A DNA stretch of 40,027 nucleotides from a virus (taxonomy: Duplodnaviria > Caudoviricetes): IMG/VR virus record IMGVR_UViG_3300020432_000016, positions 1 to 40,027 of that record; one strand, written 5' to 3'. Below the pieces are notes generated by a model, which worked only from the letters and a program-made list of their open reading frames with translations, made no database searches and was not told the DNA's origin. Shown here one piece after another: positions 24,729 to 34,623 of the stretch. Position numbers and translations under genes: made by a program. Position 1 is the stretch's first letter. Each line of letters opens with the position of its first letter.

Positions 24729-25877
24729 TCACCTCCTGACCGAAATAAGCCATCCAGTGTTGGGTCCGTCAGGCATCCAACGTGATAAGAAGTTCTTCTT
24801 ACTGTATTTAACAGCGCAGCCTCCGTCGTGGTTTAAATAATTGCCATTGACCATGTCTGCTTCTCCATACGGGTCGTGCATCACATAGCAGTCCTTCTCC
24901 TCATCGATGCCTATACATACACACCAGTGGCCAAAGCCCATAGGAGCCCCTACATGCCCCTTGTGCAGCCATCCAAGGGCTAGAGGGTGCCCACCCCTTA
25001 GTTCTGCTTCAAGCTTGTCCTGGCCCGCTGCAGAGTCAAATCTAGGTGTCAACCCGATATGCCTTAAGGCATCTATATGTGACTGCACTTGGACAGTGTC
25101 ACCAAACTGCTGTCGAACAAAGTTGTAATCATCATCGCTATTCACTTTGTGATGATACCGGGCCAACATCCCGCAACATGAACTGAGGCATTCGCGGTAT
25201 GACTCTGGGCCATTGTCATGCTGTGTTTCATACGCCACCTTTAAAAGAACGCTACCAGTCGGATACCCCCAGAGTTTTCCTTCTGCCCTTCGTCTGTTTC
25301 GCAACCCAGCTTCTGCAGCACTGCCAGGGTTCACATACAGCGAAAAGATCCGTGGAACCGCCGCGTAGTCCTTCTCCCGCAATGCATGGGAAATAGTCTC
25401 GAACCCGTCTCGCCCATAAAAATGCCAGCCGACGTTATAGGCAAAACTAACCAATGCTGATCGTTGATTAGCTGTTAGAGAGCGCCAGTGGGGGATTTTT
25501 GCTGAGAGCGTTTTTACTACTTGTGCCTCAACCGTATTAAGCAATAGTGTTTCAGCTTGTTCCTTTGTGATACTGTCATTGGGCCTAACCCGTGTATCGT
25601 CATCCCAATAAGTGGATCCGTATCCAATCGTATATGGCTCTGCTTTGGTAATAGGATCTCCATACGCCGTAGGGCTGAATCCTTCCCATTCCTTGATCAG
25701 GTCAATGGCCTTGTGGAATGCGTAACGTTCCTTATGTTCTGGGCCACTATTGAAGATCTCATTGAATTCCTTCCGCTGCTCTTTAGTGAACTGATCCCAA
25801 GCCCAATTCCATGCTGCTGATTGATGGGCGGTTGGTTCCCTAGGTGTTGCCTTGGCCGCAGATAGGAAATCATTCAT
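24729..25877 (-). CDS. Endolysin: GH24 lysozyme fused to a C39-like cysteine peptidase, 382 aa
   Basis: WEG..AYGD..TIGYGST, ALVSFAYNVG, GLRNRRRAE; then Q..ECLSSC..GHW..HDPYG; start re-called to ATG 25877 (ATGA overlap). Confidence 0.9.
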   Translation of the reverse strand: MNDFLSAAKATPREPTAHQSAAWNWAWDQFTKEQRKEFNEIFNSGPEHKERYAFHKAIDLIKEWEGFSPTAYGDPITKAEPYTIGYGSTYWDDDTRVRPNDSITKEQAETLLLNTVEAQVVKTLSAKIPHWRSLTANQRSALVSFAYNVGWHFYGRDGFETISHALREKDYAAVPRIFSLYVNPGSAAEAGLRNRRRAEGKLWGYPTGSVLLKVAYETQHDNGPESYRECLSSCCGMLARYHHKVNSDDDYNFVRQQFGDTVQVQSHIDALRHIGLTPRFDSAAGQDKLEAELRGGHPLALGWLHKGHVGAPMGFGHWCVCIGIDEEKDCYVMHDPYGEADMVNGNYLNHDGGCAVKYSKKNFLSRWMPDGPNTGWLISVRR

Positions 25878-26131
25878 CTCTTTCTTGTCGGTACATTCAT
25901 TCTGGTTTGAGCTGCTTCTGCCTTTGAAGGCAACTTCCCAGACGGGTAAAACAGTGCCGTGACCACGTACCACCTCTCTATGCAGGTGTTCACCTGACGG
26001 GGACCAAGCCACCAGTTGGGTATTTCGCAACTCCCAACAAAGCCTACGGAGAACAGCAACTGACCCACCAGGACCATGTTCCCGCCAGTCGCAATTACTT
26101 GTGTAGTCCTGTTTGACTGTCTGATCGTCAT
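25874..26131 (-). CDS. Small membrane protein in the lysis cassette (holin candidate)
   Basis: Hydrophobic segments; ATGA overlaps on both sides. Confidence 0.55.
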   Translation of the reverse strand: MTIRQSNRTTQVIATGGNMVLVGQLLFSVGFVGSCEIPNWWLGPRQVNTCIERWYVVTALFYPSGKLPSKAEAAQTRMNVPTRKR

Positions 26132-26370
26132 GAGCGTCCTTCGAGAGCAGCAAGACGTTGCTCAAGACGGTTAATCCGACCAAAAAGCTCCGCCCTGTCC
26201 TCACGCATCTCTGTCCGCATAAGACTCACTTCACCCGCGATATGTTCAACCGCAGCCGTCAGCCTAATAACTGACTCGCTAGACCTATTGTTCCTATTGA
26301 ATAGTGCGCCAGCGCCAGTAGATGCAATGCCGATGACAGCACCAACGGTGGCAGCGATGATTTCGACCAT
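26128..26370 (-). CDS. Membrane-anchored coiled-coil protein in the lysis cassette
   Basis: N-terminal transmembrane segment followed by heptads. Confidence 0.6.
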   Translation of the reverse strand: MVEIIAATVGAVIGIASTGAGALFNRNNRSSESVIRLTAAVEHIAGEVSLMRTEMREDRAELFGRINRLEQRLAALEGRS

Positions 26371-26396
26371 GCTGCCTGCACGATTACATCTTTAGT

Positions 26397-26633
26397 CTAT
26401 ATAGGATCTACCGATAACATATTGATTGCCGCCCATATTTCAGGTTCATCTTCTAGAGTTGGATGCTCAACAGCTTCAATTGTTACCGTCTGGTTCTCAA
26501 CATCAGCCAGCTTGTGTCCTTCTTTTATGTAGAAGTAGTTTTTGGGCAATAGATCCACTGCTCTGTGGTTGCAGATTCCTTTACCCCACCAAAGGTCGGC
26601 TTCGGTCAGTTCATACCTGTAGAGCTGTTTCAT
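26397..26633 (-). CDS. Hypothetical protein, 78 aa (possible fibre chaperone)
   Basis: TAATG coupling to the fibre gene. Confidence 0.65.
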   Translation of the reverse strand: MKQLYRYELTEADLWWGKGICNHRAVDLLPKNYFYIKEGHKLADVENQTVTIEAVEHPTLEDEPEIWAAINMLSVDPI

Positions 26634-29467
26634 TAGGAGTGACTTACAAAATTGAACATGGGCTCCATATAGGTGTAGCCGGTGAAGTTGGCGCCCGTGA
26701 ATCCAGCGTAGCTGTAGTAATCATTCTCTGTGCCTGTGTAATAGCTCATGCCTGAGAAGCCAGTAAATACATAATGGGCTGGGTTAGATGTACTGGTCTG
26801 CATCCACTGCCATTCATAACAAGGCTCTGGCAAGCTGTTGATTGGCGTAAATCGGTCGCATGTACCAGTGGTGCCGGTTGAGTACTCCACGCCAATATCA
26901 GCATCCGGCATAACACCTGGAGCAATGTCTCCTGCGTCGTGACCTGCATAGTAGACGTGTCCACTCTCAGTGACTATCACTGTCGTGCCTTGAGCGCTGT
27001 TTTTATAACTTTGGTTTGAGGTGATCGTACGTATATTTTGTATAAACCTAGCCCTTGTAAGAGGCGTTGTGTTGTTGTTATTCGTGTTTGTCCAAGTTGA
27101 TTGGTTCGTGCCCTCATTCTCATATGACGTTACGTTGCTTGCTTCCTGTAATGATGTAATGCCGTAATCACGGAATTCAATTGGTGTAGGTGTGAAGTCT
27201 CGCAAAGATGTCGCATTAGGAACATTTGGAGTAGAACGTCCCAATTGTCCTGATGTGTTGTTGCCCCAGCTGAATACAACATTTGGCCCGTTAAGCGGAG
27301 TCGATGGATCGGTATCAATAAATTCCGGACTAACAGTGGACCAGCACTTTGTGACCGCATAGACGCATGTGTAACGGCCACCAAAGGCAAACAACTGAAT
27401 GACTCTGCGAGGAGTGTCGCCAAAGTATGTGTTACTGCCAGAGCTATCCCCTGGTGCATCATTCATGCCAGTGCCACCAACTGTGACAGAACTTCCATTT
27501 TGGTAGGTGTTAGTGACCAACTCTGGGAAGGTGATATTTCGTGATGCTGTTGAGCTATGGCAGCCTGTGTACCTGCCGTAATCTTCACTAAAACCACATG
27601 CGTACACAAATCCCTCATCAGTTAAGAAATAAGTGTGCCCATGATCTGCTTCTGCCGCACCGTTGTGTGCGTAATCGCTATACCCCATGCTCATAACATG
27701 GACGATCTTTTTATTAAATAGAGGGTTGTTAGAATCTTGGCTTATGCAATAAGGTGTGTTCTTGTCGCCAGTAGTGCCATCGCCAAGTTGACCTGTGGCA
27801 TTGTATCCCCACACCCATAGCCTGTGTTGGCTGTCGATAGCAAAAACTGAAGCTCTTGTGCCACCAGTGGAATGCACGTAAGTAATTGCAACATTATCAC
27901 TAGCAGGGAATGGCGTTTTCAACCACTTGTAACTGCTAGTCGTTGTGCCGTTACCTAATTGACCGTAGTCATTGTTGCCGACAGTCCACAGAGACCCGTA
28001 TTCATCAATGGCGAATTGGGAAACCTTCCCATACACAGTACTGGTGCCATACCAACTATTGTTTGCCTCACCAGTGCCATCGCTAATCCTTGAATTGGTT
28101 ACGAAGTTAAACCTTGGATAGTCTTTTGGCTGTACTGCAATGCTTTGACTTGGATTTGATGGGTCAATTTCCCAAAGCTTGACAGGTCTTGCAGCGGCAC
28201 GGTGGTTAGATCCGTTCTGCGTGCCATAGCCAGAACCTCCCCAGTTGTCGTCTCCTGAGTAGTAAAGCACGCCATTATTTGTTATGAAATGCCATCCGTA
28301 TCTGAAATAGGCGCACTCAACAATCCTTTCATTGGTGAAAGACCAGTTTTGGTACCAACTGTCGGTGTGGTGAACATTGGGAGTACTGCTAGACGCGGTT
28401 TGACCTTCAAAATACAAGTCACGCCCTGGAGCTGTATTGTCCTTGGCATAGTTGATATCAGTCAATCCATGTGCAAAAATATAGTTTGCATTAGCTGGGG
28501 CAAGACCGGTCGCCAGATTTGTAATCCCCTGCTCCCTTCTCAGAGAGGCTCTGGCAAAGAGCAAGTTGCCAGCTGCACCTCTGCTGCTTCCTCGGGGAAA
28601 ATAAGTCGCGCCGTATCCGTATGTGGTGTTAACATAACCTTTCATAAATACATCACCACTTCGAGTCAGAAGTGGATTGGGGGCCTTGTAAACCATTCCA
28701 GAACAATATCTGTTGCCAACCCCAATTGGGCCTTTGATATTATCGCTGACCAAATCTGACCACCAGCTCTGCCAATGGCCCGTAGCATTCAAACCCTGCG
28801 CATCTGGCAAGCCCACATCAGTTGACTCGTCTAGAGGGCCATATCGCCACCAACTCGTAGTCCGATAGTTAAGAGCAGCTGATCCAATGCTGTACCAGAT
28901 GCGATAGTCTGACTTGTGTGCTGATGCACTCAGCTTTGCAGGGGTTACAGCTCCATCCGCAATGTGAATTGTGTTAATTGAGTTTGCGCTAATAGATGCT
29001 GTACTGACATCAGTCCAGGTACTGCCTGTGTAGACTTCAACACTGTTTGATGCATTATTCCAGCGGATCATCCCTTCTAAAGGTCCGCCAGGGCGCGAGC
29101 CACTGCCTCCAGAAGGCAATTGCAATGCACCTGTGCCTGTGATTTTAAAAAGGTCGCCAGTGTGTGTATATACCCCTCGAGACTTGGGATTGTTGTCGTA
29201 TTCCTCAATTGATCTTACTTGGTGCCAAGTGCTGCCGTCATAGATCTTTAGTACAGCAGGTGTTGTGCTGGTGTCAGCCCAAAACTGATTGATTGCAGGC
29301 GCAGTAGGTGCTACCCCACCAACAGTGGCACCCCAGACCGGTGCACTGACGCCAGAGTTGTTCTTTGCTAGGGCCTCAAGAGCTGTATTGATCTGAGTTC
29401 GAACAACATACCCAGAACCGTTTTCAACATGCAATGCGTGCTGTTGATTTTCGAGGTTTTCGCTCAT
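26633..29467 (-). CDS. Tail fibre/receptor-binding protein with RCC1-like beta-propeller
   Basis: N-terminal VRTQINTALEAL anchor; GNNDYGQLGNG, WGYNATGQLGDG and WGNNTSGQLG repeats; lies downstream of J. Confidence 0.85.
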   Translation of the reverse strand: MSENLENQQHALHVENGSGYVVRTQINTALEALAKNNSGVSAPVWGATVGGVAPTAPAINQFWADTSTTPAVLKIYDGSTWHQVRSIEEYDNNPKSRGVYTHTGDLFKITGTGALQLPSGGSGSRPGGPLEGMIRWNNASNSVEVYTGSTWTDVSTASISANSINTIHIADGAVTPAKLSASAHKSDYRIWYSIGSAALNYRTTSWWRYGPLDESTDVGLPDAQGLNATGHWQSWWSDLVSDNIKGPIGVGNRYCSGMVYKAPNPLLTRSGDVFMKGYVNTTYGYGATYFPRGSSRGAAGNLLFARASLRREQGITNLATGLAPANANYIFAHGLTDINYAKDNTAPGRDLYFEGQTASSSTPNVHHTDSWYQNWSFTNERIVECAYFRYGWHFITNNGVLYYSGDDNWGGSGYGTQNGSNHRAAARPVKLWEIDPSNPSQSIAVQPKDYPRFNFVTNSRISDGTGEANNSWYGTSTVYGKVSQFAIDEYGSLWTVGNNDYGQLGNGTTTSSYKWLKTPFPASDNVAITYVHSTGGTRASVFAIDSQHRLWVWGYNATGQLGDGTTGDKNTPYCISQDSNNPLFNKKIVHVMSMGYSDYAHNGAAEADHGHTYFLTDEGFVYACGFSEDYGRYTGCHSSTASRNITFPELVTNTYQNGSSVTVGGTGMNDAPGDSSGSNTYFGDTPRRVIQLFAFGGRYTCVYAVTKCWSTVSPEFIDTDPSTPLNGPNVVFSWGNNTSGQLGRSTPNVPNATSLRDFTPTPIEFRDYGITSLQEASNVTSYENEGTNQSTWTNTNNNNTTPLTRARFIQNIRTITSNQSYKNSAQGTTVIVTESGHVYYAGHDAGDIAPGVMPDADIGVEYSTGTTGTCDRFTPINSLPEPCYEWQWMQTSTSNPAHYVFTGFSGMSYYTGTENDYYSYAGFTGANFTGYTYMEPMFNFVSHS

Positions 29468-29471
29468 TTGA

Positions 29472-32400
29472 TCAATTTAGATTTTGCCCGTAACCTGATG
29501 CTACGTATGTTACTTTTGTGGTCGCTGATGTTGCCGTTACTTGGAAGCGGTTACGCTCAACAGCTGTAACCGAATATGTACTTGCGTCAAGCGCGATGAC
29601 AGACGGCACAATATAGAAACCCTGCTTAAAGTCTATCCATACTGATTGCGACGCTGACAATGAAACCTCTGCTGTAACAACACCTTCTGTCCTTCGTTCT
29701 AGCTTAAGGCTTAGCTTGCACCCTGTCACAGTTGTCCTTGTGGGCAGCAACTGTTCTTGGTCGCGATCAATCAGTACCTGCCTTCTATGCTTGTAGTTGG
29801 GTACTTCTGACCAATAAAGCTTGTGTCGGGTGACATCAAAGTCATTGATCTCTACAAACGGCTTGTAAGGGATATTGCTGTCATTTAGCATGACCTTGTA
29901 ATGGCTCCTGTTGTCTCCTGATAACCTCATAAGGTGTCTGAGATCACTAACGCTTGTTTGCTGTATAAGGCCAGTCTCGACTCTTGATAACTGAGGGTTT
30001 TCATTGTCGAAATTGTGCTGCGAATCTACTTCCTTTGTTTTTTGATCGTGTGAAATTGCGCCAGCCTGTCCTGTTGTTAATTCGTCTTCAAATATGAAAC
30101 TCCACTTGCCAGCCTCTGGTGTAAACGTAAGGTTGCTTGTGAAAACACCTACAGGATATGACTCAGATCTTAGATCTAAATTATCAACATTATTATCAAA
30201 GCTGTTTGAAATACCATCAACCTTGCCAGTCCCGGCCAAGACCAATCCACCGGCTGGCGCCAATCCATTGTCTTTTAAAATGCGCCAGTACCGCCCTTCC
30301 CATCTAGTTGCTGCTGGGCCACTTGTTACTTCAAGTGTGGGATGGCCCGGGAACATAGTTTTGGTGCCATTTAAAAGGTCAAACTCAACAACTGTGAGCA
30401 ACTCGGCTTGAATTGTTGACGTTGCTTGAACTGTGATAATCGCTGGTGTTGGGCTTACTCTGCCGCCCTCATCCTCAAAACAAACTAAATAAGTTTGCTG
30501 TTGATGCGTTGCAGCGAATGTAACGCTTTTTGCACCTCCTTCTGTTGTTACTACTTCAATCGAATTTTCCCAACTGTTTTCAGCTGTAGTTGGCCTGTGT
30601 ATTCTTACATGACCGCCGTTAATTACATCTAGCTCCTCTGAGGCGTCCCAACGAAGTTCTACAACTCTTGGCGCAGCAACATCTCCAATTTGCGAGTTGA
30701 CGCTTGCAACATGCGCAGACAACCCCTCAACGTTAAATGGTGGCTCTGTTTTCCCATATGTTGTGATTGTTGCTGAAGCATAATCCTGCGATTGAAATAT
30801 GCCAGAGCTGACACTAAATACTCTTACTTCATATGTCCCTGCAGACACGCCCAGCAATTCATAGGAATTTGTCGTCGATTCATCTTGCTGCCAGTTAAGA
30901 CTGTCGTTTGTCCTTCTGTACAGAATCCGATAGCGCTGTGCTCCTTCTTGTGCCTGCCAGCTCGCTATTAACTTGCAGCTAACTTTATTCCCTTCAACAT
31001 AAGGCTTCTCTTCCAGCACCAATGCACTTGGAGCCTCTGGCTCTGGTGACATCGAGAAAAGCTCTCGCTCTTGAAGAGGTTCCCCAGCTTCAATAAATGC
31101 ATATTTACTAGGGTTGTGCGCCATGGCTGTGATGCCATAAATGCCATCCTCTTCTTCGATGACACTAAGCACTCGCCATTTCGATGCCTCTGTAACACCT
31201 CCAGCTTCTTCAAGCGCATACGGAACGCCACTTACTGGGTACTCATCATTCTCCAGATCTTTAGTGTCGACAATAATTGTCCCTTTTTGACTTCGTTCGT
31301 CGCTACTAAGTGTTACTGGAGGACAAATCACTCCTCTTACTGGACGACTCCTGACTGTGCCCCCCTTGGTTACATAAGTGAACCTATCGAAGGTTGTATC
31401 CTGTGGATGGTCACCGGAAATCGTCACTAATGCAGTTACATATTCTTGTGTCAAAGGGGCTACGGTTTGTAGTTCTCCGTTAGCAACACCAAGTACGTGA
31501 CCACTGCTTACTTTCCCTATCTTGGTTTGATCTGAAATTGTTATGATTGACCCGGGTCTCACGACAGAGCCTGGACCAATTGATGTTTTAAACTCACAAA
31601 CTTCGCTCTCAGCGCTTTCTGTGTAAAGTAGCCACTTCGCTAATCTTTTTGCTTGTGTCCGAGATGTACAGCAAAAGGCCTTGATTTCAGTTTGAATAAT
31701 ACCCCATTTTCTAACTCCGTCTTGATCTTCTGCTACAACGTAGTCGACCTGCCTTAGGTCCATATTGAAGTAGCTGACAGTTACAACCGTGTGACGTGTT
31801 TTTTGGCTTGCGTTCCTATATAAGAAACCCTCTTCTAAAACATTATCACTGTTAAAGAGAAACGTTGAATCTCTTGGTCTGTCTTGACTGATCTGAATAG
31901 TGCCTGTTGCCCAGTATGCCATACAGCGGAATACTGAAGACAAGTCGTTGATCAACTTATAAGCATTGTCTGAATTGCGCAGCACTCCATTGCAGGAAAA
32001 CCTTGGCTCTGTTTCACCTGAACCATCTCCTTTGTCTATCAAAGTACAGCTATATTTAGAAGCTTCCAGAAAACTCCACCTATCAAGCTGCTGCAACTGT
32101 ATTTGATCTCCAAAGCCAAATGTCTTGTTTGTCAGTATCTCTAACAAAAGCATGCTTGGGCATGTGGTCCATTGTGGCGCTGTAAACGTCCCATCCCAAA
32201 TGAAATTGTCAGGATAAATAATCCTTCCATTGCCTTGGTCCACTGTTGTGCCAGTGGGGATTGGTACTTTAATCCCACGGAGTCTGTATGACCTGTTTGG
32301 CACAGAGCCGAACTCGCTTGCATCCAGCCTTGTAGCAACAAGTGCTGTGTTTGGATATCTCAATCTCTGGTTGACAATATGTGTAATGACTGTCCAGTAA

Positions 32401-33218
32401 ATCTCATTCTGCGTGTTCTCATCCGCAGCATCATCGGTAACTCTCTCCACCCTTATGTCTACGGGGAAAGCACCGTCAAGATTAATCTGATAGTCACGTA
32501 CATATAAGTCTGCAGTCCGGCCTTCGATCTTGTCTTCGACGACAGTACTAAAGTCCGACTCGTTGGCGTATTTGCGTAATATCCTCAGCTCAACAACTGA
32601 GCCATAAACATCACCATATGTCGTGATGCTTTGGAGTCTTGGTAAACTTATTGAAACCCTAACAGCATCGACATCATCGTCATACACTCTACGGGTTTTT
32701 GGCTCTTCTTTTCTTACTGGTGTATTGCTGTCTACTGTTATGTCGGACTCAATGTCCCCAAAACCTCTAATACTGCTTTGGTCCTGGGTGCCTGCTCTCC
32801 ATTCGACCTCATATCCGCTCAAGTTGTAATCTGAGCTTTGTAGATCTGTTACGTCTGCACCTTCTTGTAAAATTGGCGAGTCATTTAAAAAAATGTCCTT
32901 CAGCAGTGATTTGTTGTATCGCTCTTGGCGAGTTGCCAACTCCTCTGCTGTTTCACTGATGGGGTCTCCACTTGCATCAACAGGTGGATTCTTGTAATCT
33001 CTTGCACTAGGGAATCCTTCAATCTCCCCTTCACTCACGACATCTAGGAAAGTTGCATATTGCTTCGAGCTTAAATTATCTGCAGTTCGAACTGGGGCTC
33101 TAGGCGCTTGATACGCTGGCGCTTGCTGCACCACTTGATGATGGACAATTGGCGCTGGCTTCCGACTGCGACTCTTCTTCTTCTTGCCACCCGAACCTTG
33201 GATGAAATCTTGTGTCAT
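29472..33218 (-). CDS. Tail tip / host specificity protein, lambda J-like
   Basis: DVVSEGEIEG, LRYPNTAL, WDGTF, EPRFSCNG, CTSRTQAKRLAKW, FN3-like domains. Confidence 0.95.
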   Translation of the reverse strand: MTQDFIQGSGGKKKKSRSRKPAPIVHHQVVQQAPAYQAPRAPVRTADNLSSKQYATFLDVVSEGEIEGFPSARDYKNPPVDASGDPISETAEELATRQERYNKSLLKDIFLNDSPILQEGADVTDLQSSDYNLSGYEVEWRAGTQDQSSIRGFGDIESDITVDSNTPVRKEEPKTRRVYDDDVDAVRVSISLPRLQSITTYGDVYGSVVELRILRKYANESDFSTVVEDKIEGRTADLYVRDYQINLDGAFPVDIRVERVTDDAADENTQNEIYWTVITHIVNQRLRYPNTALVATRLDASEFGSVPNRSYRLRGIKVPIPTGTTVDQGNGRIIYPDNFIWDGTFTAPQWTTCPSMLLLEILTNKTFGFGDQIQLQQLDRWSFLEASKYSCTLIDKGDGSGETEPRFSCNGVLRNSDNAYKLINDLSSVFRCMAYWATGTIQISQDRPRDSTFLFNSDNVLEEGFLYRNASQKTRHTVVTVSYFNMDLRQVDYVVAEDQDGVRKWGIIQTEIKAFCCTSRTQAKRLAKWLLYTESAESEVCEFKTSIGPGSVVRPGSIITISDQTKIGKVSSGHVLGVANGELQTVAPLTQEYVTALVTISGDHPQDTTFDRFTYVTKGGTVRSRPVRGVICPPVTLSSDERSQKGTIIVDTKDLENDEYPVSGVPYALEEAGGVTEASKWRVLSVIEEEDGIYGITAMAHNPSKYAFIEAGEPLQERELFSMSPEPEAPSALVLEEKPYVEGNKVSCKLIASWQAQEGAQRYRILYRRTNDSLNWQQDESTTNSYELLGVSAGTYEVRVFSVSSGIFQSQDYASATITTYGKTEPPFNVEGLSAHVASVNSQIGDVAAPRVVELRWDASEELDVINGGHVRIHRPTTAENSWENSIEVVTTEGGAKSVTFAATHQQQTYLVCFEDEGGRVSPTPAIITVQATSTIQAELLTVVEFDLLNGTKTMFPGHPTLEVTSGPAATRWEGRYWRILKDNGLAPAGGLVLAGTGKVDGISNSFDNNVDNLDLRSESYPVGVFTSNLTFTPEAGKWSFIFEDELTTGQAGAISHDQKTKEVDSQHNFDNENPQLSRVETGLIQQTSVSDLRHLMRLSGDNRSHYKVMLNDSNIPYKPFVEINDFDVTRHKLYWSEVPNYKHRRQVLIDRDQEQLLPTRTTVTGCKLSLKLERRTEGVVTAEVSLSASQSVWIDFKQGFYIVPSVIALDASTYSVTAVERNRFQVTATSATTKVTYVASGYGQNLN

Positions 33219-33904
33219 GGGTTTGACCTGTGCTGATAGGTATCGATACCAGCGCTAATGACAGCACTGCCTACAACCATTTCGCCAAGAACTATCTGTA
33301 TAGGAACCCCGGCTCTTGACGTGTTAACTAGTCCTGAAAAGTTGTAGCTATCTTCATCTGGATCAAGCTCAGTGCCTCTTGTTGAGTTATACCCCCCAGC
33401 AGTGCCAGATGCAGGCAGTCCCGCCAACGACGACCCTGACGAGCCAATAGCCGGAACGGGGCTAATCATTTGAGCGATACCACCCAAAACTAGGCTGGCG
33501 CCTACAGACCCGATCATGCCAGCCACTGTCCCACTGAAGAAGGCCGACTGCAGGCCGGCTGCGGCAAAGCCCATTGGGCCTAAAAATACAGCCGCGGCAA
33601 CAAGTGCAACCCCAGCAATAATTGATCCGACACTCCCGAAAAAGCCACCTTCGCCTCCATGGCCGGTTTGTACCGGGATAATCTTTAAGACACCTTCAGC
33701 TGTTGGATTTAATAGCTCATTTTCCTCTATAGCTTTTTCACCATGCAACACTGTGAACCAACCGTGCTGAAAACGACCCTCAAGCTGTGGAAAATGGCAT
33801 AGCAAAAAACGGATTGCCTCAGCCGCTGTTGACACATCCGCCCAAAACGAACGTTGCCCACATATCCTTTTTAAATATCCATACAGGCGGATCTCTTTTA
33901 ACAT
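33215..33904 (-). CDS. Tail assembly protein, lambda I-like
   Basis: IRLYGYL, AAEAIRFL, SYNFSGLVNTSRAGVP..GEMVVGSAVISAG. Confidence 0.93.
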   Translation of the reverse strand: MLKEIRLYGYLKRICGQRSFWADVSTAAEAIRFLLCHFPQLEGRFQHGWFTVLHGEKAIEENELLNPTAEGVLKIIPVQTGHGGEGGFFGSVGSIIAGVALVAAAVFLGPMGFAAAGLQSAFFSGTVAGMIGSVGASLVLGGIAQMISPVPAIGSSGSSLAGLPASGTAGGYNSTRGTELDPDEDSYNFSGLVNTSRAGVPIQIVLGEMVVGSAVISAGIDTYQHRSNP

Positions 33905-33909
33905 CCACT

Positions 33910-34623
33910 CTAAGCGAACCTTTCTCTATCGTAATATCGTAAGCGCCTTAATGTCCTCTTTTGTAAGTACGTGCTGTAGATATCTCTACTGCTGAGCCTA
34001 TCTCTTAGATGATGCAATATCTCTCCGTTCCCTGTGTATACGGCAACATGATTTGCATTCATGCCGCCTAGTGCCATTAATAGACAGTCCCCTTCCTGAA
34101 GTTGCTCTGTTTCTTCTAGCTCTTTAAATCCTGTATCTTTCCAACAGTCATCGAAGTAAGGCTTTGCATGAAACTCTTCGGCGGTCTCTGTTCGATCCCA
34201 GTCTTTCAGCTCAATGCCTTTTTCTTTGAACCAGTCTCGCACTAAGGTCCAGCAATCAGTAAGATTCCAAACCCACTCTCGTCCAACAAGTGGTGGTTTG
34301 TATCCACATGGTTTATACGATGACCAGTGCTTAGTAAATGGATTGACGATTTTCCACTCCGTGTCACCACGTTCGCAACATATCTTGTCGGCAACACTTG
34401 GTTCTGGTGAGCCAGAAGGGTGAGAATGTACAACATACCTAATGTCTCCCTCTTCCTCACACAGTGCCCAATGTTGTGGGCTCAATATGAATTCTTCGTC
34501 CTCTTTCGCTAGATTTTCACAAGGGAAATAACGCAGTTTACCGTTTACGACTACAACTAGACCGCAGCTTTCTTTTGGAGCCTCTTGCATCGCATGAGCG
34601 ACTGCGGCATCTTCCCAGCTCAT
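33910..34623 (-). CDS. Tail assembly protein, lambda K-like (JAB + NlpC/P60)
   Basis: PKESCG, HSHP..PSVAD, DCWTLVRD, NHVAVY..ILHH. Confidence 0.95.
   Translation of the reverse strand: MSWEDAAVAHAMQEAPKESCGLVVVVNGKLRYFPCENLAKEDEEFILSPQHWALCEEEGDIRYVVHSHPSGSPEPSVADKICCERGDTEWKIVNPFTKHWSSYKPCGYKPPLVGREWVWNLTDCWTLVRDWFKEKGIELKDWDRTETAEEFHAKPYFDDCWKDTGFKELEETEQLQEGDCLLMALGGMNANHVAVYTGNGEILHHLRDRLSSRDIYSTYLQKRTLRRLRYYDRERFA

Noticed and set aside
25878-26204. Signal-peptide-like N-terminal extension of the endolysin
   Set aside because: Overlaps two better-supported genes; ATG 25877 has an ATGA coupling
26633-33218. Diversity-generating retroelement or invertible tail-fibre cassette
   Set aside because: No reverse transcriptase, template/variable repeat pair or invertase seen in the window
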